This document shows, piece after piece, positions 43,690-58,872 of a stretch of 64,000 nucleotides of DNA; positions within the stretch are counted from its first letter, which is position 1, and each line of letters begins with the position of its first letter. Under the pieces are notes generated by a model. The model saw only the letters and a program-made list of their open reading frames with translations, did no database searches and was not told the DNA's origin. This DNA comes from Cycas panzhihuaensis (taxonomy: Eukaryota > Plantae > Cycadophyta): the NCBI GenBank assembly GCA_023213395.1, contig CM041465.1, forward strand, positions 250,177,741 to 250,241,740, read 5' to 3'. Both the position numbers and the translations under genes were made by a program.

Positions 43690-44087
43690 TACTCACCCTT
43701 TTCTTTTTTATATAAATATATATTTATTCTAATCTTGTAGATATTCAGTAGCACACAACTAATTCCTTTATAGAATTATTAGATATAGTCTAAATTTTGA
43801 TAATAATTAAATAATTATATATTCCTAAGTTTTTATGATGCCAACGATGTTAATGCGTAACTTAGGTACTGATCCCATGGGTTGAATCTTCAATTAGTTA
43901 TCTGATTTTATAAAGAAATTTGGTAGGGTTGAGGTTGAGTATCCCCTCTTTTCTCATATGGTTGTGGGCAAAAAGTTGAGAGTAAAACATCTATCTATTA
44001 TGGTTGAATAAAACAATTACTTGCATATTCTCATTAGTACTTGAGGATCTACATCTTAGTTCTCTCTTCCCTACTTGGTGTTTTATT
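43690..44087 (-). pseudogene. Ty3/gypsy aspartic protease remnant
   Basis: Hand translation IIDRCFTLNFLPTTI*EK..KIQPMGSVPKLRINIVG...YLIIL*RN*L fits a retropepsin pattern (D-x-G-like motif, ILGRxWL). Confidence 0.6.
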
Positions 44088-47000
44088 TATTAGAAACTTG
44101 AATTAAAAACATTAAATATCAATATTTTGACATAATCATGGCATAAATATAGAGACATAATCATATCAATTATAAAGCACATAAGTATTTGAGCAAATTC
44201 TTGATGAACTCTCAAGTCTTATTAACCAATACAAGTAGTTATAATATAAATTCACCCATGACCTATCTCGTAGTTACAAAGAGAATGTGTAAAAATAAAA
44301 GGGAGTTACAAAGTACATGGGAGTTATATAACACTTGAGAATGGGGGTTAACGTGGTCACATATATATAATAAATTGCCTCTCATCAAACACTAAATGTC
44401 TGAAGCAAATATTATTCCTAACCTTGTCCCACTCCCTCAATGTTTACTTCATTGTTTGTGATATCTAGAAGTCCTATAAACTTCTCAAACTCTATTCAAT
44501 ATCTTTGTTAACATGTTTGTAATATGGTCCTTAGTCAAAAAATATGCTAATTATATTATTTTTTTTCTGCACCTATTCGTGAATGAAATTATTACAAATC
44601 TCAATATATTTGGTTCTAGCATAAAATGTTGGGTTCTTCAGAGCTAAATAATACTCTAGTTATTTTAAAATGGAATTAAATATCACTAGATATTATTCTC
44701 AACTTAATTATCTTACATATAATTATAATCGTTATCTTGTACTCTGCCTCTATAGAAGATAATATTGTTAATGATTTTTTTTTATTGGCCTAAGAAACAA
44801 CACCTAATCCTAGCATGAATACATACCTAGAAGTGAATTTCTTGTCATTGTTTTCTCTTACCCAATTTGAATCTATGAGGCCTTAAAGCTTGAACTTATC
44901 ACACTTGGTAAACTCAACTTTGTATCTAGTAGTCCTATTCACAAATCTTAGAATCTGCATATTAGCATTCCAATGTGAAATATAAGGACAACTTATGAAC
45001 TTAGAAACCAATCCCACATCATTGTTAATATCTAGTCTAGTAGTAATTAACTAAATCAAATTGCCTACTAGCTCCATAAATGAAGTCTCATCCATAGTAT
45101 TCAACTTTTGTCAATTTTATTAGTTTAGTGTTTGTTTTAATATTTAGATTATGACATAAATATGTTGCCTTTCTTCTACCATATCTTAATCCTAAGATAT
45201 TAGTGTAGAAGTCCTAAATTTGTCATTTCAAATAGTGACAATTGCCTTTTGAAATCACTAATTAAATTGGTATCACTACTTGTGATGATCAAATCATCTA
45301 CATATACTATAATAATGAGTATTCATCCATCCACTTTCATATACAAGTTGTGGTTAAAATCATAATTAGTGAACCCATGAGTTAAAAAGTAATTTTTGAT
45401 CCTAGCATATTGAACCCTTGGCATTTATTTTTAACCGATATAAGGCCTTTTATAGTTTGTAGACCAAGTGTTCATTTTTAACTTGCTCAAATCCTCACGA
45501 TTGCTCCATCTAAACTTCATTATATAAAATATTATTTGGAAAGGTACTTTAGGCACTTTTTACATCTCTTTGATGTACCTTCTAGTTAAATTAAGTTGTT
45601 GTGTTAATCAATAATATGATTAGACATCTTTGCTACTAGAACAAAGGTTTCCTTAAAGTCTATCCCTTTCACTTGAGCATACCCTTTTGTGATAAATCTA
45701 GCTTTGTACTTGTCAATTAAGCCATTTAGGTGAAAATTCTATAATCTCATATGTAACTAATTAGTTTTTTATTAATAAAAAGATTATTGGAGTCCCATGT
45801 TTTATTTTTTGTAATTGCATTATACTCCTCCTCCATGGCATTTTGTCATTCAACTTTGTTATTGTTTTCTTAAAGGAAGTCAACTCTTGTAAGCTTGACA
45901 CATTATACATAAAGGTAAAGTAAGCCTCTTGTCTCCTTTGTGCCTTGGCCTTTACCCTTTCATAAATATTTATCTCTCCAATTCATAAATCTTTGATAGT
46001 TTGTTTAGACCACTTAGGTAATTTATGTGAAAACCCTTGGGATGATTCTACAAGTAATGGACTTAGAGGCCTTAGACTTTTGGCGCCAACACTTTGTTCC
46101 ATAAAATTTAACTAAGGTATATCAACATTTATACCTATGTTTAGACTTATAATTTTATTGTTAACTTCAACTTTGCCATCCTTGTGATGATGTTCATCAA
46201 ATATAATATCACTACTAATTGCAGTCTCCTTATTTAAAAGATTGAATAGTCTATAGGCTTTGGAACTATCATCGTGATCTACAAGTACCCATTTTCTATT
46301 TTTATCATATGATTTCTTCCTTATTTGTTCTAGAATGTGAGCATAGGTGATGCTTTTGAAAACATGAAGATGACTAATAAATAGTTTCCATCTAATCCAT
46401 GCTTCCTCAGGTTTCATATCCCAAACTACTTTGGTGGGACTTTTATTTAACAAGTACATTACATTGATGGATACTTTACCTAAATAATTAGAAGAAATTT
46501 TTGGTCTTCATCATGCATCCAACAATCTCCATTATAGTTTTATTTAAACCTTTTGTTACATAATTTTATTGTGGTATATAAGTGATGGTGAATTATCTCC
46601 TAATACTTACCTCCTTACAAAATTATATAAATTCTTTAGACTTTATGTTTTCCACCAGTATCACTTTTCAAGGTGTTGATCTCTAATCCAAAGAAGTAGC
46701 TTTATTCATCCTTGAATTACTTAAATACATGAAATGCTTAAGATTTGTACTTTAGGAGATATCTTTCTAGTAAAGTCATCAATGAAGGTCATGAAGTAAT
46801 AAGTGCCACCAAAGAATATTATGAAAAACGATCAACATAAGTCACTATGGACTTTAGCTTCTACCTTGCTCTCTATTGACTCTTCATAATTATTTCTCTA
46901 TATTGTTTGCTAAGTGCACAAGTTTCATAAATCCTACAATCTTTCTACACTAGTGACAATCCATTACCATGTTTAATCTTGTAAGTAGCTTCAAGCCAAA

Positions 47001-49770
47001 ATAATTAAAATCATCATATTGGTCATCCCACAAATGATTGTTTGTGTCCACAATAATACGTCCATGCTCAAGTATATATGTATAACCCATTATTTTCTAT
47101 TTCTTGAGTAATAACATTATTGTCATCCTTGATTTTGTAACTTTTTTTGTCAAATTCATCCTTAAAGTCTATTTTAGTTATCTAATTAATAGATAACTTA
47201 TTGATTTTTAATGTGGAAATATATGGAACATTCACTATCCTATTGAACCCCATACTAGCCTTTAAAATGATACTACTTTATCTTTCAACTCAATGCTTAT
47301 TATTGTGCTCTACGAAGACCATCCTATTATGATTATAAATGTCCTTAAATTAATCATGTCTAATGGATATATGTTATTCACCCCTAAATCTATCAACCAT
47401 GTTTCATCCTCTTTCATCTCAGGCATAGTAACCATAAAAGACTACATGAACTTTGTTGTCTTTTTTAAAAGACAAGTTCCATACTATATTCATTTTACCC
47501 TTATCAACTTCCTTTTTAAAGTAATTTTTATAAATGTCTTATTATTTGTAGGAGTAAAAATAGCTGGATTTCTTTTGCTATTATTGATAATGTTGTTGTT
47601 TTGTTATGTGGGTTCATTTTTATGATATACTTTGTGTTGAAATAAAAATAAAGTGTGAGAGTGTTGCTTAGTGTGTTTTTTATGTCGATTTTCCCTTAGC
47701 TTTTGCTTTCAAGGCCATATCATCTTTATCAATTAGAAAGACATCCATTGCTCCTCATGTCGGAGTAACCTCAAACAATTGTTTAAATGACATAGTAGAG
47801 TTTTCTCTATTAGACTCAAACTTATTATAAGCATATGAAATCCCTAATGTAAACTATTCAAGCTGATGTATGCTAGCTTTCTATCATTAACCTTCTTTCT
47901 AATAACTACTAACTGATCTTTAACTTTCTTCAATTTTTGGAGGTGAAGGGTCACAGATATTATGGACCCCATCTTAAGTGAATACAAATAGTTTTTAAGG
48001 TACAAGACAAGAGTCTTATTCTTTGACTAATATTATTGTTGTGAAATTTCTAAGCTTCTTAAGATGTAGTTATCCATTGTGCATGCACTATGAGGTCATT
48101 TAAAATAGACATTTTGATAATTGTCACTCCTTCTTAGTCCTTACTTTGAAATTCCTCAAGCATATCATAAGTAGCTAATTTTGTAAGTATCTTCATGCCA
48201 TTAATTACTTTTATTATCTTTCTTCATGTTTACAATGGAAGTAAACATGTTATTAATAGAACCTTCTTTAAAGAGGTCCAAGGGGAAAGCTATAAGATGT
48301 TGGAAATTTGAAATTTCTAAATTGCACAATTCTACCTATTTTACTTGTGCACATCTTGTAACATAAACCTAGAGATGCTTACATCCATTATTTAAGAAAA
48401 TAAGAAATATATGTTGATCACTATGCAAAGAGCCAAAAAACCTAAAGTTGTTGGTCACCTTGCAGGGAATAAAAAAATGGTAATTATGTATAAGGAAATT
48501 TTGAAAAAAATAAAAAATTACAATTTTAATATATTTTTCAATTAACAAGGATATAGCATATGCAAAGTAATGTGTCCAATCAAGAAACCAAAATGTTGAA
48601 GTGATCCTCTATAGTTTATAGTCTTCAAAACACTAAAAAAATAACAAAACAGACTAGTTATAAGGTTTATCTTCTTATTTATTGAGATAGCATAATATGT
48701 GGTTGTCATGGGACTAGTGGTTGAGATTTCAAGTAAAATGTATTTTAGTTAACTTTCTTATAAACTTTAGATAAGGAATGATTTATCAAATATAAATTGA
48801 TTGGCATTGGTTTTTTGCAAACTTGTGCCATTGTTTTGAATAAAAAATCAACTAAATCAATTGCTTGAGGCTTCAAGAGGAAGATTTTTAGCTTATATTT
48901 ATGTTTGTAGACTTCACACAACACAATTAGTGTAATTAAATTGAAACCATAATAGATTTTTAAATTAAAAAATTTAAATTTCATAAATAAACCATTGATG
49001 CCATGGGTTGAAGTGTGTTGTTACTAAAGGTCATTAAAATTTAACAATCCATTTTGAAAATGCTCCGAATAGAGTGAGAATAGTATGCCAAAGTATGCAT
49101 AAGGTGTCTAGGATTAATTATCAACTACAAAATTTGAGAAATGAGTGAGAAATTAGCTCAAAATTCCCCAACAAGCTTATCCTAATTGAAAGTGAAACTC
49201 AACTAGGTTTCTACTTATTAAAACATAGAATAGACCTGTGTATAAAAGCTTAACAATGTTTTGAGGAAGATAATAGCCTCACAAAGCAAATAACTCTCAA
49301 AAGAAAAAGCTTTTGAGCATATGAAAACATGCACAATGTTATCAAAAGTAGTTCAATGATCTTCAAACAAAAAATAAAGATCAATGATAGGATATGAAGC
49401 ATGAATACTTGTGAATTATGCACTACTCACCAATGGAATTTGCTAATGTATCTTATTTTTGTTTCTTCAACTTTGAACTATATAAAAAAAATTAAAAATA
49501 ATGATAGATGATGTCAAATAGTATCACACTCTCAGAGGTACAAACAATAAGTGTTTTCCCTTACTAAACTTACATAGTTATAAAAATTTCACTGGTCTGA
49601 TAGCATGTTAGGAACTTGAATACAAAACATAAACTATCAAAATTTTGATAGACTAATGGCATAAATATAGAGATACCATCACATCAATTGCAAAGTATGT
49701 AAGTATTTGGGTTAATTTTCAATGAACTCTTAATTTACGTTAATCGATACAAGTAGTTATGATGTGGAAA
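44088..49770 (-). mobile_element. Near full-length degenerate Ty1/copia element
   Basis: LTR 44088-44431 aligns over ~165 bp with 49606-49770. PPT complement ctccctcaa at 44432. Decayed PBS complement ggtctgatagca at 49594-49605. RNase H/RT at 44450-45900, integrase ORF 46112-46459 (YLLNKSPTK..PEEAW..SKAYRLFN), protease WLIDLG at ~47385-47400, gag ~47700-48300. Confidence 0.9.
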
Positions 49771-52300
49771 ATAGAATGAACAATACAAGATAACTTTCTC
49801 TCATTGATTCATTATGAGAATATCTCATATAGTTATATACAATGAGTACAAAAGTAGCCCAATATATGGAGTTTGTGTTCCATCATCTTTACAAAGGTAG
49901 GCCATGATGCACAACCCTTAATAATAAGTTAAGAGAACTTAGGTGAACTTTATAGATAAAACATTAAATATCCCTCCTTAATAATTTACCCTTTGTCTTT
50001 AATTCCTAAATGATCCCTAAAGAACTAAAATTTATCTTTTGATAGAGGCTTTATAAAAATGTCTACTAGTTGACTTTCATTATTGCAGTACTAAAGCTCT
50101 ATCTCTTTATTTTGAACCTTTTCTCTAATAAAGTGATAGAGAACCTTTATGTGCTTTATTTTGGCATGGAAGATTAAAATTTTATCATTTTGATGATGCT
50201 GTAATTATCACAAAAGTTTGGAATTGAATCTGTACATTCATGGTTCAAATCCTTAAGCAATTGTTTTAGTCATACTACACATGTTTCTTTATATATGCTT
50301 TACCTAATACCCTTATTGCTTTAAACATTTCTTTATAGTTAATCCCTGTAGTTTGGATATATCCTCTTACTACTAGTTAAGCTTTATACTTTTCTATACT
50401 GCCATTAGATTTTTTCTTTACCTTGAAAACCCATTTGAAACCAACTATGGATTTTCCTTTAGGAGGAAAGGTAAGTTCCTATGTGTTGCTTAGTTTTATT
50501 GCAAGTAATTCTTTTTCCATTGTATCTTGTCATTTTATGTTTTCATAAGCTTTATAATTTTGAGGCTTTATAGTGCATGCTAAGGTTTATTACTTCTAGT
50601 TTCTCTTGAGCTCTCTAATATTTTGTTGAAACTGAGATCTATGTTGTTTTTATAGTGTGCATTATCCACAAATAACTAATTTAGTAAAATTTTAGGCAAT
50701 CCATTAACCATATTTAATTTTTTCAAGATTTCTAATCTATCACTTGTAATATGACCATACTAAGAATGCTAGATTTTATTATTACCAAAATTGCATATAA
50801 CAAAAAGTTAAACCATGCATGTGGAGATTAATTTATACAACTTATTTGGCTCTATCCCTTCTATAATTATAAAACTATTTTATCTTTTATTATAGATATA
50901 ACGTTTGTCCTCATTAAATATAACACAAAGGTTTTTCTTTGTTAGTTAAGATATGAATATAAGATTTTTCTTCAAGCTTGGGACAAAAAAGACATTGCTA
51001 ATTTTCTTTATTTCACTTCTTATTTTGATTGTTATGGTTCCTTTACCTTTTATACTCAGAGTAGAGTTATCTCCTAGTTCAATTATATCATTGAAGGAAT
51101 GAGGATGGAGGGTTTCAAACCAAAATTTTCTTGTGTCATATGATGTGAAGCTCTAGAATCTATGAATCAATCTTCATTGGACTATATATTGGAGGCCAAG
51201 GATGTAAAGAAAGTTATTTCCTCTTCTTTTTTTTAATTTTTATTTATTGTTATAATTACCCGTTGCTCTCTTTCCTTGGGTAATACCGAATCTTCTTTGT
51301 TGACAATATACTCTAGGATTATCAACTCTACTTCATGTAGATCTCTCTCTTCCTCTTGAGTGATTTTTGAATTGTCCTCTACCCTTGATCCTTAGTTTAA
51401 AAATAAAGGCTTCTTCAAGTTCACCCTCTTCCCTGTATCTTTTGGTTCTTTCTTCTTGTTATAATAGGTGTTCGCATAGGGTGTCAAATAACACACTTCC
51501 TACTTATCCTCCTATAGTGAGAATGTTAACCAAATTACTAAATAACTTTGATAATTTATTAAGAATAAGTCATACAAGCTTTGTATTGGAGATCAATTTA
51601 CCAATAAAAGTAAGATTCTCTTTAACATCAACTATTTTTGGTGATGAAGTTAGAGAATGGCTTACCTTCTTTCAAATGTATATTATATAATTGTTCCCTT
51701 GAAGAGATTATTCTAGTCTTAATTTTCTAATGATATAAAGAGGCTAGGATATTCTAGGTTTCTCTTACTAAAGAGGCCTCACTGATGTGAGTTATAAGGG
51801 AATATATAATGAATAAAGGAATAGTTGCAAGGGCATGCCTATCTCTATCTTCCCAACTAACGAGTTTGATTGCATTAATGTCCCTTATATTTGTTTCCCT
51901 TCCTTCAACAACGTTCTAAGTATTCTTAGTAGTTATAATGCCTTTCATCTTAATTATCCAAGTAGTGTAATCTATCCCTTTTAATTTAGTAGATTTTGCT
52001 AGGGAGTATATTGAATCTATTTATAAAAAATAGTAGAAAAAAATTATTCAAGTAGAATTATATAGATCTATGCAGATATATGGATTTATAAAAAAGTATA
52101 GTTATGACAAAAAAATTTAAAATATATCTCAAAATGAAGAGTTTTCTAGTGTCTATCCAAATTTGTAAGTGATATTTAGAATATAATTTTGAGTAGAGAG
52201 AAAAATGGTTTGAAAACACAAAATATATCTAAGGTTTCAAAATAAAATTTGTAAATATCTTTTGAAATCTGAAATAAAATGCTATAAATTTATAGTTGAT
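49771..52300 (-). mobile_element. Multiply deleted Ty1/copia element (partial LTR, PPT, RNase H end, RT start, protease, gag)
   Basis: PPT complement tccctcctta at 49971. QLVDIFIKPL (RNase H) at ~50045-50075. RT start at 50290-50580. *FIDSRAS at ~51147-51170. Gag at 51400-52000. Integrase core and most of RT are missing. Confidence 0.8.
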
Positions 52301-52319
52301 AGAAAGATTTAAAAAAGAG

Positions 52320-55300
52320 GAAGATAATTGAACAAAGTGGATTATAAGAGGACAATGAAGAACCAGCTAAAGATGATTTACACCCATAATAAACTTGAAG
52401 CAATAAGTACACAAGCATAGGAAACATAAAGGAGAAGGAATCAATCTAATCTCCAATAAAATGAGTTGTATTTAAATTGACAACATAATATTACACTCAC
52501 CTTTCAAACTATACATCACAAGAGAGAATGGTTTCTTATATAGATGAGAGAGCTCCCTTTAAGGTCACAATATGATTGACACTTGTCAATTATACATAGA
52601 CTTGTACAAGTGTGCCTAAAGAGGCGAAAGTGGGTCATGTTCCCTTAAGTTATAATATATTATAACACTAGAAAAAATATGTGAGTCGATGTGTCTACTT
52701 TATACATTTAAGTATAAAGTATATATTTAATGCATAACTTAACAATAAAATCTAAAGATTATAACACCCTCCCTTAATGTTTACATTATTAAGTTTTACT
52801 CTAAGGTTATTTTTGAAGTGTTTAAACTTTTTTCTACTAAGTACTTTAGTAAAGATGTTTACTAGATGCTAACCTGCTAGTCTATATATGAGGTCAATCT
52901 CACCTTCTATACATGCTCCATGATGAAATGGTGATGGATTTCAATGTGCTTGGGTTAGCATAAAAAACTAGATTCTTAGTTATCTTGATCACACTCTAAT
53001 TATCATAGTAGAACTTTGTAGGATGTGTTTGGTCAAGTTCAAACTCACTAAGAATCCTCTTGATCCATATAACTTTATACATTACATTGACTGTAGTCTT
53101 GTATTATGTTTCTATAGAGGAGAGAGTTATATTATGTTACTTCTTGTAACTCCATAAGATAACAACTAACCTAAGGTTGATCTTTGAGCATATTGGTAAC
53201 CAATCTAATAAGAGTCTGAGAACCCTTCTAGAGTGAAGTCCTTATTATGTATATACTATAAACCATGCAATAATATACTTTTCAAATATATGAGTATATA
53301 TTTTATAGCATTCTAATACCTTTGATTAGGTTGAGATATATACCAAGAATAAATTCTAATTATATAAGATATATATCCAGTCTAATGTTAATAAAATAAA
53401 TAAGCCTACATACTAGTTTCCTATAAAGAGTGGAATTAACTGGTTTTGCATCCTCATCAAGTGAAAATTTAATGCCAATCTCCATAGGTATAGGTATAAG
53501 TTTATAGTCCTCCATTTAAATCATTGTAAAATATTCCAAGTGTATTTAACTTATGAAATAAAGATGTCTTATGACTTTTACCACACCTCCACGTCTAGAA
53601 AGTAGTGAATAAGTTCAAGATCTATCATCTTAAATCTTATTTTCAAATCCTTTTGGAGACTCTCAATTATTGCAATATCACTTCTAATGATAATTAAGTC
53701 ATCAACATATCATATGAAAAAGGGCATGTACTAGTTCCAAACTTTTATGTATAAGTTTAGATATGATAAGGATTAATGAAACTTATGCCTTAAAAAGTAC
53801 TAATTGGTTTAAGAGTACCATGCACGTGGAGCCTACTTTAGTCCATACAAAGTCTTTCTAAGGTGATAGACTATATGTTCTTTATCATATTCAACAATAG
53901 TTAGAAGGTTACTCTAGATATACCTCCTCTGTATGATCGTCATTTAGAAAGGCACTTTTAACATCCATTTGATAAATAGGCTATTTATAATGAGCTTTTA
54001 AGGCCATTATCAATTTAATGGTGTTCATGTTAACCACTGGGATAAAGGCTTCATCATAGTTAATGCTTTCTTTTTATTTAAATCCTTTAGATACCAATTG
54101 AGCTTTGCATCACTCGATTGAACCATCAGACCAAAATTTAGTTTTACAAATCTATTTACAATTTATTACCTGTTTGCCTTCAAGTAATTCAACCAAATTT
54201 CATGTTCTACTTTTTCAAATAAAATGGATCTCATCATTCACAATAATATTCCACTTTTTTTCTTATGCCTCTTTAGAAGTAAAAGGCTTATCAATAACTA
54301 GGACTTCAACCATAAGTATGAAATTGATATTTTATTGATGTATTTTAGATGGACATTTTTCTTTTATAGTTTGTGTACTCTCTATAGTATATAGGTACTA
54401 TTTTGGTAAAATTTTCATCGTTGTTTTAGTCACCTTAATATCTTAATCCTATAAAGGTTTTACAATATTAGGTAGACTACAAGGTTCTAATAGAGGAACC
54501 ATAGAAGTGAATGGAGCTGAAGTAGATGATGGAGGTGAGATAGGTGTTGATGAAGTACATGGTGTTAATGATGTTGAGGGAAGAAAATCCTCAACAATTA
54601 TTTTACCTTTATCAAGAGGAATATAAATAGAGGTAGGATCCATTTCCTTATTGTCCTCATAAAAAATTACATTTCTACTATATGTGCCTTTTTATCGATG
54701 GGGTCAAATATTCGATAAGCTTTGCTACCAATTACATAACCAATAAAGATGTATTTTAAGCTTTTATTATCAAGTTTATGTCTTTGTTATATTTATATAT
54801 GCATGTAGGATGTGTACCCAAAGGTGTATAAATGGATGACAATAGATTTTCTACTAGTTTAGGCCTCCTTTGGTGTCATATCCTATATTATAGTTATGAA
54901 GCTTCTATTTTTAATATATGCAGTTATATGAAGTGTTTCTACCTAATACGACTACAAGAGACCTTTCACACATATCATTACTTTTCTTACTAGAGTTTTG
55001 TTCATCCTTTTTGTTATACCATTTTGTTGTGGTATACAAGGAGTATTAAGATGATGTTTAAGGTTATTATCAATGTAGAACTAGTTAAATTCTTTAGAAG
55101 CAAACTCACTACTATTATTAAATCACTGAATCTTTATTTGTATATTAGACCCCTTCTCTATAGTAAGTTTAAATTCTTTAAATTTGGAGAATGATTTTGA
55201 TTTGTGTTTCATATAATATATCCAAACTTCATGTGAGAAGTCATTAATAAAGGTGATGAAAAATAGTGCTCTACTTAGAGATTACATAGATATAGGTCCA

Positions 55301-57000
55301 CAAATGTTTATGTGTATCAACTGTAATAAATATTTAGCCCTCTATACTTTACCTTTTTGAAAAGATTCTCTATGTTATTTCCCCATAATGTAGGTTTCAT
55401 ATAGTCATTTACTCGATGAGATCTTGGTAAGCCAAATACCATGTTTTTCTTTAGCATTAATTTGATGCGCTCTAAGTTAAAGTGATCTAGTTTGTCATGC
55501 CATAATATTTTTTTAATAAGTGATTGTGAGATGTAGACATGTGATTTGCCAAGTATTGCATCTAGTTTATAAAGTTCACGGTCCTCATAACTAACAATAA
55601 TGACTTGATATGGTATATATTTATTATTTTAAAATAATACAGTCATATGTTACTTATCAAGTTATCTAATAGAGAGGAGATTTTTAGATATTGATGCTAC
55701 TAGAAATATGTTGCTAGTTGGAAACAGTGGAGAAGGGTTCTATGGAGTTTTGAAAGAGGTAATTTTACCAACCCTTAAAATTTATATAGTTTTATTATTT
55801 CTATAGGTAATTATTTGTCCCTTGTTCTCTTCAATATCTCCTAATAATTCAACATCATCTGTCATATGATGGAATGTATCAGAGTTGACAATCCAAATTT
55901 TATTATTGTTGTTGTTATTATATACATAAAATAAGTTAACATTATCATCATACTAATTATTGTGGCTTTGATACCCACCTCTATATATCCCCCTTTGATT
56001 TCCATGATAACCTCCTCGAGATGCACCTTGATTTAGTCTTTACAGGGGTGGTTGTTATTATTGCTTCTGTTGTTGTTATATGTCATGTTACTTCTTTCTA
56101 TATTCAAGCTATGTATGGTCAACCTTACTAAAATAATGACAAATAATAGTTTTAGATTTAGAAGCATTTATATTTAGATTACCAGATACTTTTAGAAAGT
56201 TCTACTTAGGGTCATAGCCTACTTGCTTTTGTTCTTTGTAGTGAAAGCACCAAAAGTTATTCCTTTATCTTGACAAGAGTAGATTTTCTCTTCTTATATC
56301 AGAAGACTTTTTAGTTGATTAAAAGTCATTATTCCCAAAATCCCACCTTAAGTAATTGATGAAGTGAAGTTGTTATACTCCCTTGGTAGTGCATGAATGG
56401 AGATAGTCATAAGGGCTTCATTTACAGATTATTTCCATAATACTATCAATTGAATATTAATTTTATTTATATTTGACAAAAATATTATCATAGGCTTAAT
56501 AAATTTAATGCTAAATAATTTAGCTTTGGACATAACTATATGAGAAATATCTCACCTTTCATATAATGATAATAAAATATCCTAAACTTCTTTTGAAATA
56601 GATATATTAATAATGTTTTGATCAACAATATTGTGAATTAACATATGCAAAAATATTAGTGTTATCTCATCTTCTTTTGCTTCCCAAGTAACAATAATAA
56701 CAGGATTTGCATGGGTCACCATATTAGGATTTACAAATCAGGAATAAGAGTGGATTTAGGAAATCTTCCACATATATAACTCTAAAGTTCATTCATGATT
56801 AATAAGTTCTTTGTTTATTTCTTCTAATTTTAAAATAGTTTAGGTCTAGTAACTTAATAGGACTTATATTAAGCATTGGCATTACGACATTTTTTTTTTA
56901 AGTTTAAGGTTTTATAGCTAAAAAAATAATTTTAGAACTCTCAAGATTTCACTACTTAAGTTTCACTTGTAAACACATAAAAAACCCTAATTTATTAAGA
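52320..57000 (-). mobile_element. Near full-length degenerate Ty1/copia element, same family as 1-2330
   Basis: LTR ends ataaca at 52766, then PPT complement ccctcccttaa. RNase H/RT at 52790-54290. Ser/Thr-rich linker ORF 54449-54643 resembles ORF 872-1297. Integrase at 54650-55500, protease WIVNSD at ~55878-55895, gag at 56100-56800. Both outer boundaries are approximate. Confidence 0.88.
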
Positions 57001-57235
57001 GATTAAATAACTGAAAAATGAAAGTGGAGAGCTAGGCTATCAAGTGGTTAAACACTAATTTATAAGTGCGATACAATAGTTGGTCAAAGATCAAGTTTTA
57101 GTACAAAGAAACGGGGTGATTTGTATGATGTACCATACTTTCCTTAGAGTTTTTAGCTTTAATAACACCCTTTTCGAACCTCCCCCATAAAATTGATCTT
57201 AATTAATATAGATTGGTTGTATAGTTGGTTGGTCA

Positions 57236-58830
57236 TGAAGGTTACAATGGAGATGCAAAGTAGAGCAGTAAATATAAAAAACTAATCCATATTATATAAA
57301 CATATGAATATCACTTTGATTAACCCATTTTTGATTAAGAGTATACAACATTTATTCAATGGGTGGTGTTGATGAACACTGTGGGAGATGACCCCATATA
57401 ATTTATACTTTTGAGGGAGGAGAGAAACCTCCTCAACCTCTAATTCAAAATACTATAAAATAATGTGCAACACTAAGTAAACCTTACCTAACTTACCTTG
57501 AAGGGTTGTGTGTTACATACTCCAAGATGGGGTCATGTGATGAGCATTAACCCAACATTCCCCCCCTTAATGGTCATCACATACATCTTTATTTTCTCTT
57601 TAAACTTGTAAAATTTAAACTTAAAAAAAACTTTGAATATTTATCCTTTAGCTTGATCATTATCAACTCGCTTTATCCTTTCAGTAATATGTGTCTCTTT
57701 AATATTGAGTGGTTCAAATAATGTCCAAGTAGGTGTAGCTTGATTTGAGGATGAATGGCTACATCTTTGACTTTATTATCTCTCAAAATCTTTATTTTAT
57801 GAGTAATGATCATGTCTAAGTATTTCTCATAAGGTTTCTCCCCTTCAAATGAAGGATCATCTTCATATATAACAATGTGATTGTTCATTTGACTTGAGTC
57901 TTCTTCCTTAGTCTTTTCATCACAAATAACCTACTCTGGCATCTGTCTCACATACTCAACAACATCAAAGTTAAATTCATTCATAGTGAGGGTTTCTCCC
58001 CTATAAATAGAATCTAAGGTGTCCTATACAAATTTGGAGGTCATCATCTCATAAATATTAGAAAATATATTATCATTTATGGTGCAAAATAGTATAGCTA
58101 AGACTTCATTATCCTTTTTTATATCTTCTTTAGTATTAAGTTTATATCCATCTTATAAATATCTCCAAATATCATTTATGATAAAGTAAGTTTGCATTGT
58201 TTTACACTGTTGTTGAAAATTATGCCCATCAAATATATGGAATTATATTTAATTTAGATTCATTTCCATTTTATAAGAAACTTTAGTACATAATAAAAAA
58301 AATATGATTTTCAAGTAGACAAATCCTTAAATGAATGCAAGTAGATGATAAAGATATTCCAAAAAGAATGCAAGCCAATATTAATAAGTTATCAATGATG
58401 TGGTCTTGCCAATAACTTCTAAGAAAAAAGGTGTAATGCCTTTAAAATAAAATGTTCCTTTGAAATAAAGTACACTATATGCAACCTTAAGTGCAATAAT
58501 GAATCAAAGATATTTTTAACAAGTGAACATTTTGTAATTTTCAACAAAATATATGCTTTTTAGAGGAATCAGAAAGCTTAATAATTCAATGACCTTATAA
58601 GCAACCTTATAATAAAAATTGTATGTAAAGTAACTAAAATATTTAAGTATGTAGATTTGAAATAAAATCTTCTTAATAATAAAGAAATAAAAAAGATTGA
58701 TAAGATCTAAGCTTTTGATTTTTCAAACGAATAAACACTAGTTTGAGTAAGAAAATGACCAAAAATTTCAGTGTAAGATGAATAATTATTTCTTTTGACC
58801 ACAATGAGAATGTATGAGACAGAAATTTTG

Positions 58831-58872
<42 letters not shown>

